Source: Candidatus Woesearchaeota archaeon | Lineage (GTDB): Archaea > Nanobdellota > Nanobdellia > Woesearchaeales > GW2011-AR9 | Assembly (NCBI GenBank): GCA_023265685.1 | Contig: JAHFSP010000002.1 | Coordinates: 5,713 to 69,712, forward strand | Length of the DNA: 64,000 bases | Reading direction: 5' to 3' | Part shown: positions 26,609 through 36,704 of the stretch, piece after piece | How the letters are laid out: every line of letters starts with the position of its first letter | Position numbering within the stretch: the first letter of the stretch is position 1 | The notes under the pieces: model-generated | Databases searched by the model: none | Told to the model about the DNA's origin: nothing | The model's input: the letters and a program-made list of their open reading frames with translations, nothing else | Position numbers and translations under genes: made by a program

Positions 26609-27886
26609 ATGCAAGACATCAAACTTATTCGGACTAATCCCGATCTTGTTAAACAAGACTTGAAGAAGCGTAAGGATGAACCTAAGTTGAAATTGTTACA
26701 GGAGACGATTAAACTTGATGGGGAATGGTTGGTGTTAAAGGGTGAGATTGATACGCTGCGGAGTCGACGTAATAAGTTGAGTTTGGAGATTTCTGAAGCG
26801 AAGAAGAAAGGGCATGATGTGAAGAAAGTTCTTGAGGAAGCGGCGAAGGTGCCTGCACAGATTGCACATAAAGAAGAGCGGATGAAAGAGATCGAGGGTG
26901 TGTTGCATAAAAATTTGTCCTCACTTCCAAACATATTACATGAGAGTGTTCCGTATGGTGTTGATGATACGCAGAATCAGACGGTTAGATTAGTTGGTAA
27001 GAAACCTGTGTTTAACTTTGCATTGAAAAGTCATGTTGATTTGCTTACTGAACTTGAGATTGCTGATTTAGAACGAGCAGCAAAGATTTCAGGTGCTCGG
27101 TTTTGGTTTTTGCAAAATGAAGGGGCATTATTAGATTTGGCATTGCAACGATATGCGGTTGATTTTATGCTTAAGAAAGGATATAAATTGGTGATTCCGC
27201 CTTATATGATTCGTCGTGAACCGTATGAGGGAGTTGCACCTCTGGGAGATTTTGAGGAAGTGTTGTATAAAGTTGAAGGCGAGGATTTGTATCCTATTGC
27301 CACTTCGGAACATCCTCTCACTGCGATGTATATGAATGAAGTATTAGATGAAAAGCAGTTGCCGATTAAGATGATTGGACTAAGCCCTTGTTTTCGCAAA
27401 GAAGCGGGTTCAAGTAGTAAAGATACAAAAGGAATTTTTCGGGGCCATCAGTTTACCAAAGTAGAACAAGTCATTATTAGTAAACCAGAAGATTCATGGA
27501 AGTTGCATGAGGAATTAATTGCAAATGCAACCGAGTTTTTTGCTTCGTTGGGATTACATTTTCGGCAAGTCAATATTTGTACGGGAGATATTGGTATTGT
27601 TGCAGCCAAAAAATATGATCTTGAGGTTTGGATGAGCGTTCAGGAACAGTTTCGTGAAGTGGTGTCGTGTTCGAATGTCACCGATTACCAAGCACGTGGA
27701 CTCAATATCAAATATAAGACGGCTGAGGGAAATAAATTAGTTCATACTCTCAATAGTACGGTGGTGGCAACGTCACGTGCAATGGTGGCGATTTTAGAGA
27801 ATTTTCAGACGTCGAAAGGAACGATAAAGATTCCTGACGTGCTTGTGCCGTACATGAATGGGATTAAGGAGATTAAGAAGAGGTAG
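26609..27886 (+). CDS. serS: seryl-tRNA synthetase
   Basis: N-terminal coiled coil, TSE, CFRKEAG, HQF.KVEQ, KKYDLE, EVVSCSN..DYQAR, HTLNST. Confidence 0.97.
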   Translation: MQDIKLIRTNPDLVKQDLKKRKDEPKLKLLQETIKLDGEWLVLKGEIDTLRSRRNKLSLEISEAKKKGHDVKKVLEEAAKVPAQIAHKEERMKEIEGVLHKNLSSLPNILHESVPYGVDDTQNQTVRLVGKKPVFNFALKSHVDLLTELEIADLERAAKISGARFWFLQNEGALLDLALQRYAVDFMLKKGYKLVIPPYMIRREPYEGVAPLGDFEEVLYKVEGEDLYPIATSEHPLTAMYMNEVLDEKQLPIKMIGLSPCFRKEAGSSSKDTKGIFRGHQFTKVEQVIISKPEDSWKLHEELIANATEFFASLGLHFRQVNICTGDIGIVAAKKYDLEVWMSVQEQFREVVSCSNVTDYQARGLNIKYKTAEGNKLVHTLNSTVVATSRAMVAILENFQTSKGTIKIPDVLVPYMNGIKEIKKR

Positions 27887-28490
27887 GATTTTGAGGGAAT
27901 CGGTTTGGTACTGTTTTGGGAAATGTTCTACCCCAATGTGCCCATTTGATCACGTTTCGAAAACTTTTGCCTTTGATTGGTCCGATTTTATCTTGAGGGT
28001 TATACTGACAAATAACAACCGCAACCGCTTCCCAGAGTTGTGTAAGAAGAGCTTCTGTGTGAACTATACGTTGAGGAGTTATTGCTTGCGTTTCGTTAAT
28101 ATCAGCATCGTATATAACTTGATAGTTTGGTTGTTCAATTCGAGAATAGGGGAGACATTTGTCTTCGTATGTTCTTACGTTATTAAAATAGAGGGAATTG
28201 CCTTCTTTGCCAACCACAATTGCTCGTAGACTTTGGTCAAATGCGTCACGTTGTTCTAGATGTTGAGGTTCGGGAGAATAGGCAATTTCGAGAGTTGCAC
28301 GATGAGGATAGCCACCAGTATTTTTTCCGCCGATGTAGAGTTTAGTATTTGTGGCAGTTATGTGTCCGCAGCAACTATAGCCTGTATCAACAACGAACTC
28401 TAGACCCCAGATTGCATTGACGATATCACGAATTGGTTCTTCAACTTCGCAGAGAAGACGTTGATATTGGGAACGTAACAGAGGATCCAT
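27873..28490 (-). CDS. hypothetical protein
   Basis: 205 aa; T.YSCCGH motif; TATA upstream. Confidence 0.65.
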   Translation of the reverse strand: MDPLLRSQYQRLLCEVEEPIRDIVNAIWGLEFVVDTGYSCCGHITATNTKLYIGGKNTGGYPHRATLEIAYSPEPQHLEQRDAFDQSLRAIVVGKEGNSLYFNNVRTYEDKCLPYSRIEQPNYQVIYDADINETQAITPQRIVHTEALLTQLWEAVAVVICQYNPQDKIGPIKGKSFRNVIKWAHWGRTFPKTVPNRFPQNPTSS

Positions 28491-28571
28491 CTAATCTTGA
28501 ATTTGTTGTTTCTTTAAAAGAATTTATACAGAACTAGGAGAGAAATAGAGAGATTGAGTTGATAATGGAAC

Positions 28572-28985
28572 CTATTCTTCTTCTTTGGGCTTCTTTTTTG
28601 CAGCTTTTTTAGCTTTGGCGGCAAGACGTTTGGCACGCATGGAAATGTCGGTATCAATAGTGATCTCAACTGGTTTTTCTTCTTTCTTTTCTTTTTCAAC
28701 TTTAGGTGCTTTGAGATCTTCGACAGCTTTGAGAAACGCAGTTCGTTGGTTTTCGGTTAGAGAGCCAAAGCGAATGTAGGCTTCTTTGATGTTACGCAAG
28801 AATTGTGATTTTTCATATAGATCTGTAGGAATGTTGAAGAATTTTTTGAATACGGGATCGGTTATTTCTTGATTAATGCGCTTCATCTGGCAGGGGGAGC
28901 AGATGGGAAATTGACGCATGGAGTACATGAGGACTTGATTTTGTTTACAGATTGCACATTTTTGTTTAAATTTGGCGTAGGGCAC
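28572..28985 (-). CDS. Zn-ribbon protein with basic tail
   Basis: CAIC...CSPC; GTG start; TATA upstream. Confidence 0.7.
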   Translation of the reverse strand: MPYAKFKQKCAICKQNQVLMYSMRQFPICSPCQMKRINQEITDPVFKKFFNIPTDLYEKSQFLRNIKEAYIRFGSLTENQRTAFLKAVEDLKAPKVEKEKKEEKPVEITIDTDISMRAKRLAAKAKKAAKKKPKEEE

Positions 28986-29345
28986 AGTTGTTTGAGAGTT
29001 GAGGGCTTTATTAAAGTTTGGGAGACTCTTTTTCGAATTTTATAAATATTTAGGGATTTAAATTTAATATTAAGAGATATTTTATATTTTTTTATGTTAT
29101 TTAGAAAATAAAAATAGATTAAATATTTTAAAACAAGAATATTTATAAACAAAAAAAGATTTGTTTAATTCTAATAGAACATACGCCGAGGATACGTGGG
29201 AATCAGCAGAAGATACGTAGGAGAAAATGACATATTAATGGATGTAGAATATATATTAATAGATAAAGATATTTTATCTTAAAAAGAGAATATTTAAATA
29301 TAAAAGTAGAAGTAGTGCTTTGTAGCGCTACTACATGATTACTGG

Positions 29346-29885
29346 ATGAAACAGCCACTTACCCAGAGCCCGATGGTGATAATCGAGGCAGGACACGAGA
29401 AAGAACTTTTTACACAGTTAATGGTGCGCCTTCGGAGTAAAAATACGCTTTCTTTGAATGAATTACTTTCGATTTATCATTCTACAACGCCTGAACCGAC
29501 AATTCCCGTTACAATTTTTAGCGGAAAGTTGAAGCCAGCAGAGGCATTGTGCAAATATCTTAAAGAGGAATTACGTCTTTCCAACAAAGAGATTGCAGAA
29601 ATATTGGGGCGTGAAACAAAAAGCATTTGGGCGACGTATGCACGGGCTGTAGAGAAACGGATTGTCAAAGGATCAAAAATAAATTTGGTAAATTTCAAAG
29701 AAGATTATGTCCTTCCACTTTCATTGTTTGCCAAAAGCAAATGTAGTATTCTTGAGAATGTAGTGTGGTACTTGAATACGATGTACCACCTTCATGTAAA
29801 GGTCATCGCGACTTTGTTAGGTAGTACAGCTAACTCGATTCGAATACTATTATTACGAGTAGAACGAAAACATGGCAAAAACTGA
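29346..29885 (+). CDS. tandem-HTH putative DNA-binding protein
   Basis: two repeats P..IF...E....YL...LSNKEIAEILGR and IATLLG; overlaps next gene. Confidence 0.7.
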   Translation: MKQPLTQSPMVIIEAGHEKELFTQLMVRLRSKNTLSLNELLSIYHSTTPEPTIPVTIFSGKLKPAEALCKYLKEELRLSNKEIAEILGRETKSIWATYARAVEKRIVKGSKINLVNFKEDYVLPLSLFAKSKCSILENVVWYLNTMYHLHVKVIATLLGSTANSIRILLLRVERKHGKN

Positions 29886-32800
29886 CCTTTCCAAAAATGG
29901 TACCTGGGAGAAGAAAAGAGAACGAGTAGAACATACACTTGCGAAGATTGAGAAGGTGAATGGAATTTCACGGAAAAATCAACCGCGATACGAAGTTGAG
30001 GTTGGAAAATTAGATGTTGATATAAAGAGAGTTAAGTCAAGGGGGAGTAAAAGAAATCTGGAGGATACTACAAACAGACTTTTTACTTCTGGAACACATT
30101 GGAAAATTGCGTTGTTGTTATGTATTCTTTTTGCTTCAAGCTATGTTTTAATGACGACGCATGGTCCAATGGGCCATGAGAGTACTGGTAATGGAATTAC
30201 TGGGGCGGCGATTGGAAAAACAGATTATATTAACACAGATGTGACTGGTGAAACTGTACCTGGAGGAGCGATTACAGGTGCAGCCATAGGAATAATTAAT
30301 CCTCTTAAAATTAAGAGTAACGCATTTACTAACCCTAGTTTTGAAAATGCAATAGGGAGTGAATGGATGTATAATGAAACACTTAGTACTTGGGAAGGAA
30401 GTCGCCTTACTCCAACTTATTTTACGCCTACCCATGGAACATACACTTATTTGCTTGGATCGGATACCTCTAACGGATGTGGAACAGTTTTAAGCTCCTC
30501 TTCTTCCGATTACAATCAAGTTAAACAAACTGTGGATCTTACGGGAATAAATTCGTTCTATTTTGATACAAAGTATGAAGATTGTTATGGTTCTTCTTCC
30601 TATTTTAATATCAGCGTTCTCATTGATGATGGATATCCATTGTGGTCCAGATTAAGTAGTGATTATGTTAATAATCATACATTACTTAACACTTCAGGAT
30701 ATTCAGGAGTCCATAATATTACCTTTCGATTACGATCCGGTTTTGCTGGGCAAATTGCGCAACCAGCGTGGTATATTGATAATATATCTGATGGTAGTGA
30801 ATCTGCAACTTTAATATTAAACCATAATTTAACTCCAACGAACCCAGACTCTTCAACACCTATTACTGCACACGCAACCTATAATAATAACGCGACGGGT
30901 AATGTATCATTTTATTGGACTATTAATGGGGCAAACATTTACAACTTTACCAATCAGTCAGTTGCTGCGAATTCTTATGTCACCAACACATTGATGCCAG
31001 GTAATTTTACTCAAGGGGGCGCAGTTTCTCTTTCTATTACTGCACAAAATTCTAGTGAGAGTTATACTGCCCCTGTTCTTTCAATAAGTAATGTTGTGTA
31101 TGCGCCAACAACAAAAATTACTAACCCTAGTTTTGAGAGTACCCTTATTAATGAATGGTTGTATAATGAAACACTTAGTACTTGGGAAGGAAGTCGCCTT
31201 ACTCCAACTTATTTTACGCCTACCCATGGAACATACACTTATTTGCTTGGATCGGACACATCTAATGGATATGGAGTTATTTTGAGTGCTGCTTCAACTG
31301 ACTATTCTCAGATTAAACAAACTGTTGACCTTACTGGAGTATCGGCAATTTATTTTGATACTAAGTATGAAGATTATTACGGTCAATCTTCTTATTTTAA
31401 TATTAGTGTTCTGATCGATGATGGGTATCCATTGTGGTCAAGATTGAGCATTGATTACGTTAATAATCACACCTTACTCGACACCTCTGGATATTCAGGA
31501 GTCCATAATATTACGTTTCGATTACGATCCGGTTTTGATGGAGGTATTGCGCAACCGGCATGGTATTTTGATAATTTAAGTGTAATCTTTTTTCCTCTCT
31601 TGGCCAGCAATCAAAATCTAACGCCGACGTCTGCATATTTTAACACTACTCTCCTTGCGCAGGCAACATATAGTGGGCAGTCGGCGGGAAACGTGTCGTT
31701 TCGGTGGTCAGTGAATGGTGAAAATAGGTTTAATCTTACTAATCTTTCGGTTACGACAAATTCTTATGTAACAAGCACATTAATGCCGGGAAACTTCACA
31801 ACAGGAGATACTGTCTCTCTTTTGATTACAGGCCAGAATTCTACCGATACTCACACGGCTGAAGCTTTAACAATCTACATTTCTGATTTGCCTATTGCGA
31901 TTGCCAACCCCAGTTTTGAAATTCCAATTGGAAGTGAATGGATGTATAATGAAACACTTAGTGCTTGGGTAGGTGGTAGACTCCAACCAACTTTTTTTAC
32001 TCCAACTAAAGGAACCTACGCATACTTGCTTGGTTCAGACACGTCCAATGGAAATGGAGTTGTTTTGGGTGCTGCTTCAACTGATTATTCTCAGATTAAA
32101 CAAACTGTCAACCTTACTGGAGTGTCGGCAATTTATTTTGATACAAAGTATGAAGATTATTATGGTTCATCTTCCTATTTTAATATCAGTGTTCTCATTG
32201 ATGATGGATATCCGCTATGGTCCAGACTAAGTATTGATTATGTTAATAATCACACCTTACTCAACACCTCTGGATATTCTGGAATTCATAATATTACGTT
32301 TCGATTACGATCAGGTTTTGCTGGAGCAATTGCGCAACCGGCGTGGTATATTGATAACTTAAGTGTTACAACAATTTCACTTCCAACTCATTCGACGCCC
32401 CTTCTTAATTCTACAACCTATCAAAATTTGAGTACGGGAAATATCACATTATATAATGTTTCAACAAGTGATGCAGAAGGAGATCCGGTTAAGAATATTT
32501 ATGATTGGAGATTAAATGATACAGGTTATAGTTTATTAAATTGGCCTATGGAAGGAGGAAGTAACTCAACATTTACTAGAGATTATTCGAGAAATGCACT
32601 CAATGGGACTGTAGTAGGAGCCATCTACAACTCTACTGCAGGATCTGATGGAAAAGGTGCGTATCAGTTTGATGGTACTTACAAATATCTCTCTCTGACG
32701 GACACAACCAATAGCCCTTTGGATATAACAAATCAAATAACAGTCATGGCATGGATTAAACCGGCAGCTTCCATGGGCTCTTATACTCGCATAATTGAAA

Positions 32801-34944
32801 AGTATTATGCTTCTTCATGGTTTTTGGGGATGAGTTCGGCAGCAGACGGGTTAACAGTATGGCTTAATGGAGGAGAAAGAGTAACTACAACGGCAAATAT
32901 TCTCGCAACAAATCAATGGTATCAGGTCGCGTTTACCTATAATAAAGATGCCGGCGGTACTGATGAGGTAAAGATTTATGTTAATGGTCAGTTAAATGCG
33001 AGTGGGGACTATTCTACGGCAATCGGAACGGATAATCATGACCTTCTTGTGGGTGCATTTGAATCAACGGGGTATAATTTTAATGGTAATATTGATGGAA
33101 TTAATATTTACAACAGATCATTATCTGCCCAAGAGATACTAGCCCTATATCAAAACCAAACGAATACTATTGTTAGTCAAGAATTAGTTACTGGCGATAT
33201 CTGGCAGGGATGTATCACGCCTAATGATGGAACTGGGGATGGGATTACCAAGTGTTCTAATAATCTGACGATAATTTCAGCAGTAGCACCTGGCAACTCT
33301 GTTCCAACTCATTCTACACCTATTCTTAATTCTACAACCTATCAAAATTTGAGTACGGGAAATATCACATTATATAATGTTTCAACAAGTGATGCAGAAG
33401 GAGATCCGGTTAAGAATATTTATGATTGGAGATTAAATGATACAGGTTATAGTTTATTAAATTGGCCTATGGAAGGAGGAAGTAACTCAACATTTACTAG
33501 AGATTATTCGAGAAATGCACTCAATGGGACTGTAGTAGGAGCCATCTACAACTCTACTGCAGGATCTGATGGAAAAGGTGCGTATCAGTTTGATGGTACT
33601 TACAAATATCTCTCTCTGACGGACACAACCAATAGCCCTTTGGATATAACAAATCAAATAACAGTCATGGCATGGATTAAACCGGCAGCTTCCATGGGCT
33701 CTTATACTCGCATAATTGAAAAGTATTATGCTTCTTCATGGTTTTTGGGGATGAGTTCGGCAGCAGACGGGTTAACAGTATGGCTTAATGGAGGAGAAAG
33801 AGTAACTACAACGGCAAATATTCTCGCAACAAATCAATGGTATCAGGTCGCGTTTACCTATAATAAAGATGCCGGCGGTACTGATGAGGTAAAGATTTAT
33901 GTTAATGGTCAGTTAAATGCGAGTGGGGACTATTCTACGGCAATCGGAACGGATAATCATGACCTTCTTGTGGGTGCATTTGAATCAACGGGGTATAATT
34001 TTAATGGTAATATTGATGGAATTAATATTTACAACAGATCATTATCTGCCCAAGAGATACTAGCCCTATATCAAAACCAAACGAATACTATTGTTAGTCA
34101 AGAATTAGTTACTGGCGATATCTGGCAGGGATGTATCACGCCTAATGATGGAACTGGGGATGGGATTACCAAGTGTTCTAATAATCTGACGATACTTGCT
34201 GCTCCTGTTGGTGGTAATGCTGCTCCCAGCGCACCCCTTCTCGTTGCCCCTAGTAATCTTACCACCACTGTTGTGCGTACACCTCAATTTAATTGGAGTA
34301 CGTCAAATGATACAGATGGAAATCAGCTGACCTATAATCTTATTATTGATGATAGTCTTACGTTCAACAATCCAGAGATAAATATTACAGGTATTGGTAA
34401 TCTCACCTCAGGAAATGTGAGTTATAATATCTCTACTGAACTTGATGTTGATAAAACATATTTCTGGCGGGTACGTGCAGATGATGGAACTGATTTTGGA
34501 CCTTATTCAAATGTGAGTAATTTTACACTGAGTTCGTATCTGGCGATTAGTCTGACCCAGGATACGATCGGTTTTGGAAGTGTTTCTATTTTTACAGCGG
34601 CAAACACTACTTCAGGTACGCCTCGACCATTTAGGGCAGAAAATGTGGGAAATATTGCGGCGAATGTAACGTTGAGTGGTACGCCTTATTTTAGCTCGAT
34701 TTCCTTTCCTTCATCTAACTACCAATTTGCAATCAGAGTGAACGAAACAGGTGCGTTTAATCTGACAATGTCTAATACAAGCTGGATTAACATGGTTAAT
34801 GATAGTCTTTTACCGCATGTTGTTGGACTAGACTGGCATGATTTCAAAAATGATTTCCTTGCGGATATTCTGGTTCGAGTGCCGGTTGGTGAAGTCCCTG
34901 GAACTAAAAATTCAACGGTCACTTTTGCAATTTCACAACAATGA
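29872..34944 (+). CDS. large membrane-anchored surface glycoprotein: 3 NPSFE beta-sandwich repeats, 2 LamG-like domains, FN3-like domain
   Basis: N-terminal TM; many NxS/T sequons; LamG motifs ITVMAWIK, NQWYQVAFTY, KIYVNGQL, FNGNIDGINIYNRSLS; YFWRVRA. Confidence 0.88.
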   Translation: MAKTDLSKNGTWEKKRERVEHTLAKIEKVNGISRKNQPRYEVEVGKLDVDIKRVKSRGSKRNLEDTTNRLFTSGTHWKIALLLCILFASSYVLMTTHGPMGHESTGNGITGAAIGKTDYINTDVTGETVPGGAITGAAIGIINPLKIKSNAFTNPSFENAIGSEWMYNETLSTWEGSRLTPTYFTPTHGTYTYLLGSDTSNGCGTVLSSSSSDYNQVKQTVDLTGINSFYFDTKYEDCYGSSSYFNISVLIDDGYPLWSRLSSDYVNNHTLLNTSGYSGVHNITFRLRSGFAGQIAQPAWYIDNISDGSESATLILNHNLTPTNPDSSTPITAHATYNNNATGNVSFYWTINGANIYNFTNQSVAANSYVTNTLMPGNFTQGGAVSLSITAQNSSESYTAPVLSISNVVYAPTTKITNPSFESTLINEWLYNETLSTWEGSRLTPTYFTPTHGTYTYLLGSDTSNGYGVILSAASTDYSQIKQTVDLTGVSAIYFDTKYEDYYGQSSYFNISVLIDDGYPLWSRLSIDYVNNHTLLDTSGYSGVHNITFRLRSGFDGGIAQPAWYFDNLSVIFFPLLASNQNLTPTSAYFNTTLLAQATYSGQSAGNVSFRWSVNGENRFNLTNLSVTTNSYVTSTLMPGNFTTGDTVSLLITGQNSTDTHTAEALTIYISDLPIAIANPSFEIPIGSEWMYNETLSAWVGGRLQPTFFTPTKGTYAYLLGSDTSNGNGVVLGAASTDYSQIKQTVNLTGVSAIYFDTKYEDYYGSSSYFNISVLIDDGYPLWSRLSIDYVNNHTLLNTSGYSGIHNITFRLRSGFAGAIAQPAWYIDNLSVTTISLPTHSTPLLNSTTYQNLSTGNITLYNVSTSDAEGDPVKNIYDWRLNDTGYSLLNWPMEGGSNSTFTRDYSRNALNGTVVGAIYNSTAGSDGKGAYQFDGTYKYLSLTDTTNSPLDITNQITVMAWIKPAASMGSYTRIIEKYYASSWFLGMSSAADGLTVWLNGGERVTTTANILATNQWYQVAFTYNKDAGGTDEVKIYVNGQLNASGDYSTAIGTDNHDLLVGAFESTGYNFNGNIDGINIYNRSLSAQEILALYQNQTNTIVSQELVTGDIWQGCITPNDGTGDGITKCSNNLTIISAVAPGNSVPTHSTPILNSTTYQNLSTGNITLYNVSTSDAEGDPVKNIYDWRLNDTGYSLLNWPMEGGSNSTFTRDYSRNALNGTVVGAIYNSTAGSDGKGAYQFDGTYKYLSLTDTTNSPLDITNQITVMAWIKPAASMGSYTRIIEKYYASSWFLGMSSAADGLTVWLNGGERVTTTANILATNQWYQVAFTYNKDAGGTDEVKIYVNGQLNASGDYSTAIGTDNHDLLVGAFESTGYNFNGNIDGINIYNRSLSAQEILALYQNQTNTIVSQELVTGDIWQGCITPNDGTGDGITKCSNNLTILAAPVGGNAAPSAPLLVAPSNLTTTVVRTPQFNWSTSNDTDGNQLTYNLIIDDSLTFNNPEINITGIGNLTSGNVSYNISTELDVDKTYFWRVRADDGTDFGPYSNVSNFTLSSYLAISLTQDTIGFGSVSIFTAANTTSGTPRPFRAENVGNIAANVTLSGTPYFSSISFPSSNYQFAIRVNETGAFNLTMSNTSWINMVNDSLLPHVVGLDWHDFKNDFLADILVRVPVGEVPGTKNSTVTFAISQQ
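30328..32363 (+). repeat. three diverged ~460-bp intragenic repeats (starting about 30328, 31120, 31903)
   Basis: NPSFE...QPAWY.DN.S units with long identical DNA tracts. Confidence 0.9.
32402..34194 (+). repeat. apparently identical 872-bp tandem duplication (32402-33273 / 33323-34194)
   Basis: offset 921 bp; identical translation and identical DNA wherever compared. Confidence 0.93.
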
Positions 34945-35048
34945 GACCAAAAATGAGAACAGGAAGAAAAATATGAGCAGAGAGTAATTAATGAGTGTAA
35001 AAGACTGATAGAGAGAGAGAGAGAGATTAATGTGCGTGAGAGAGATTA

Positions 35049-36344
35049 ATGAGAGAAAAATTACACCCTAAAATTGAAAAAGAACGAAGAGTCGTGTTTC
35101 TATTAGCTATGGGTCTCTTTATTTTTCTTCTAAGCACTACTTGTTTGGGATTAGGAATTCGTCCCGCAAAAACAGAGATGGAGAGTGATACTCAGAAGTC
35201 TTTTGATGGTGAATTTTGGGTAGTCAATAATGATTATGTTGAAGGACGGGTGAAGATTTCGGTTGATGGTGAGATGGCAAAATATGTTACTCTTCAAGAC
35301 AAAGAGTTATTTTTTCGTAATGATGACGATGCAAAAACAGTGCATTTTTCAGTGAAGTTTCCAAATGTTGTTCCTGCTGGAATTTCGGCAGCAGAAATTA
35401 TTGTGGAGGGAAGTGCTGGTGGACAAGATGGGATGTCAGTCGCATCAAAAATTATTCTTAAACATAAAATTAGAATTATCGGACCTTATCCTGACAAATA
35501 TATTAAGACTAATCTTAATTTTCAAGAGCGAGAGGACGGAATTGATTTGATTACTGAGGTTAATAATTTGGGAAAAGAGAAAATTAATAATGTTTATACT
35601 ACATATTATATTAATGATAAAGAGCAGAAAACTCACGTTCTTACAACAAACCAGAAGAGCATGGATACTAAAGAAATAACTCTCTTGCAAACGAAGATTG
35701 ATAAAGATTTTTTTGAACAAGGAGAATATGAAGTATCGGCAGTTACATATTTTGATGACCAAACTATGGAAGTGACAAAAACCCTTGTCATGGGTAAGCC
35801 TGAAGTAGATATTACTCGTTTTGATAAATTCTTTAAAGAACACACAATTAATGAATATAATCTTGAACTGTTGAATAAATGGAATCAGAAAATAGAAAAT
35901 GTTTTTGTTGATTTTTTGCTTAAGAAAGATAACATCGTGGTTGATACGTTTAAAACTAATGAAGTTGAGATTGAAGGAAACCAACATAAGAGTCTCAAAG
36001 ATTTTTTTGATGCCAAAAATATTGACCATGGAGAGTATACTGCAGAGTTGCAGGTGAATTTCTGGAACACGTTTAAAATGAAAAGTAAAACCTATCCGAT
36101 AAAAATTCTTACGGCTGAGGAGATCGTACATATTTCACAGGATGATACACAAAAAGAGAGCAGGAATATATTTACGGGTAGAGCGATACAGAACGGTGAA
36201 GATGACAATAGTACGCCTACTTTCTCTTTAGAGTGGGCGATCATTGTGATTTTGGTGATTATTATCGTTCTACTTTCTGGATTTATCCTCTATCGTTATA
36301 AAAATAAAGATAAATATGATGGAGGGGATAGTGGTGCGTTTTAG
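35049..36344 (+). CDS. secreted, C-terminally TM-anchored Ig-like protein
   Basis: signal ending GLGIRP, V.N.G, GEY motifs, C-terminal TM plus basic tail. Confidence 0.75.
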   Translation: MREKLHPKIEKERRVVFLLAMGLFIFLLSTTCLGLGIRPAKTEMESDTQKSFDGEFWVVNNDYVEGRVKISVDGEMAKYVTLQDKELFFRNDDDAKTVHFSVKFPNVVPAGISAAEIIVEGSAGGQDGMSVASKIILKHKIRIIGPYPDKYIKTNLNFQEREDGIDLITEVNNLGKEKINNVYTTYYINDKEQKTHVLTTNQKSMDTKEITLLQTKIDKDFFEQGEYEVSAVTYFDDQTMEVTKTLVMGKPEVDITRFDKFFKEHTINEYNLELLNKWNQKIENVFVDFLLKKDNIVVDTFKTNEVEIEGNQHKSLKDFFDAKNIDHGEYTAELQVNFWNTFKMKSKTYPIKILTAEEIVHISQDDTQKESRNIFTGRAIQNGEDDNSTPTFSLEWAIIVILVIIIVLLSGFILYRYKNKDKYDGGDSGAF

Positions 36345-36511
36345 AATTTTCTTTTTGAGAGATTATTTTTAATGATAATTTAGGATTATAGTATTTGAGT
36401 TTGATCTTCCCTAGGAGGGAACGTGTGGATATAAGTTCTAGGTCTTGACTCTAGAAGATGACTCCGCGGGATATATAAGAAGCTGTTTGTTGAGGGAGTA
36501 TGAGGTGAAAT

Positions 36512-36619
36512 ATGTCAAGACAACGAAATAGTGTACCTAAAGAATACGATGATTTTTGGGAAGAGCTTCGCGATGAAGACAAAGAGTTTCTTCAATTCAT
36601 GTCTCGAAATAGGGACTGA
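36512..36619 (+). CDS. 35-aa microprotein MSRQRNSVPKEYDDFWEELRDEDKEFLQFMSRNRD
   Basis: TATATAAG box near 36472, GAGGTGA RBS, ATG 36512, TGA 36617-36619, then T-tract. Confidence 0.65.
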   Translation: MSRQRNSVPKEYDDFWEELRDEDKEFLQFMSRNRD

Positions 36620-36704
36620 TTTTTTCTTTTCTTTTTGAGATAGAGGTTTGTCTGAAGAGGATTAATTAAGAAGATTAATTATGTGCATACTAATCTGGAA
36701 AATC

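Noticed and set aside
30328..34194. Diversity-generating retroelement TR/VR pair
   Set aside because: Repeats are in-frame domain duplications, differences are not confined to adenines, and no reverse transcriptase is in the window
34945..35050. GA-rich repeats with several short ATG-initiated ORFs
   Set aside because: Low-complexity purine tract also seen in other spacers; no coding evidence
35445..36131. 228-aa antisense ORF and similar shadow ORFs (e.g. 39697-40239, 20894-21364, 10827-11333)
   Set aside because: Lie opposite or within well-supported genes and have no motifs; expected from codon bias
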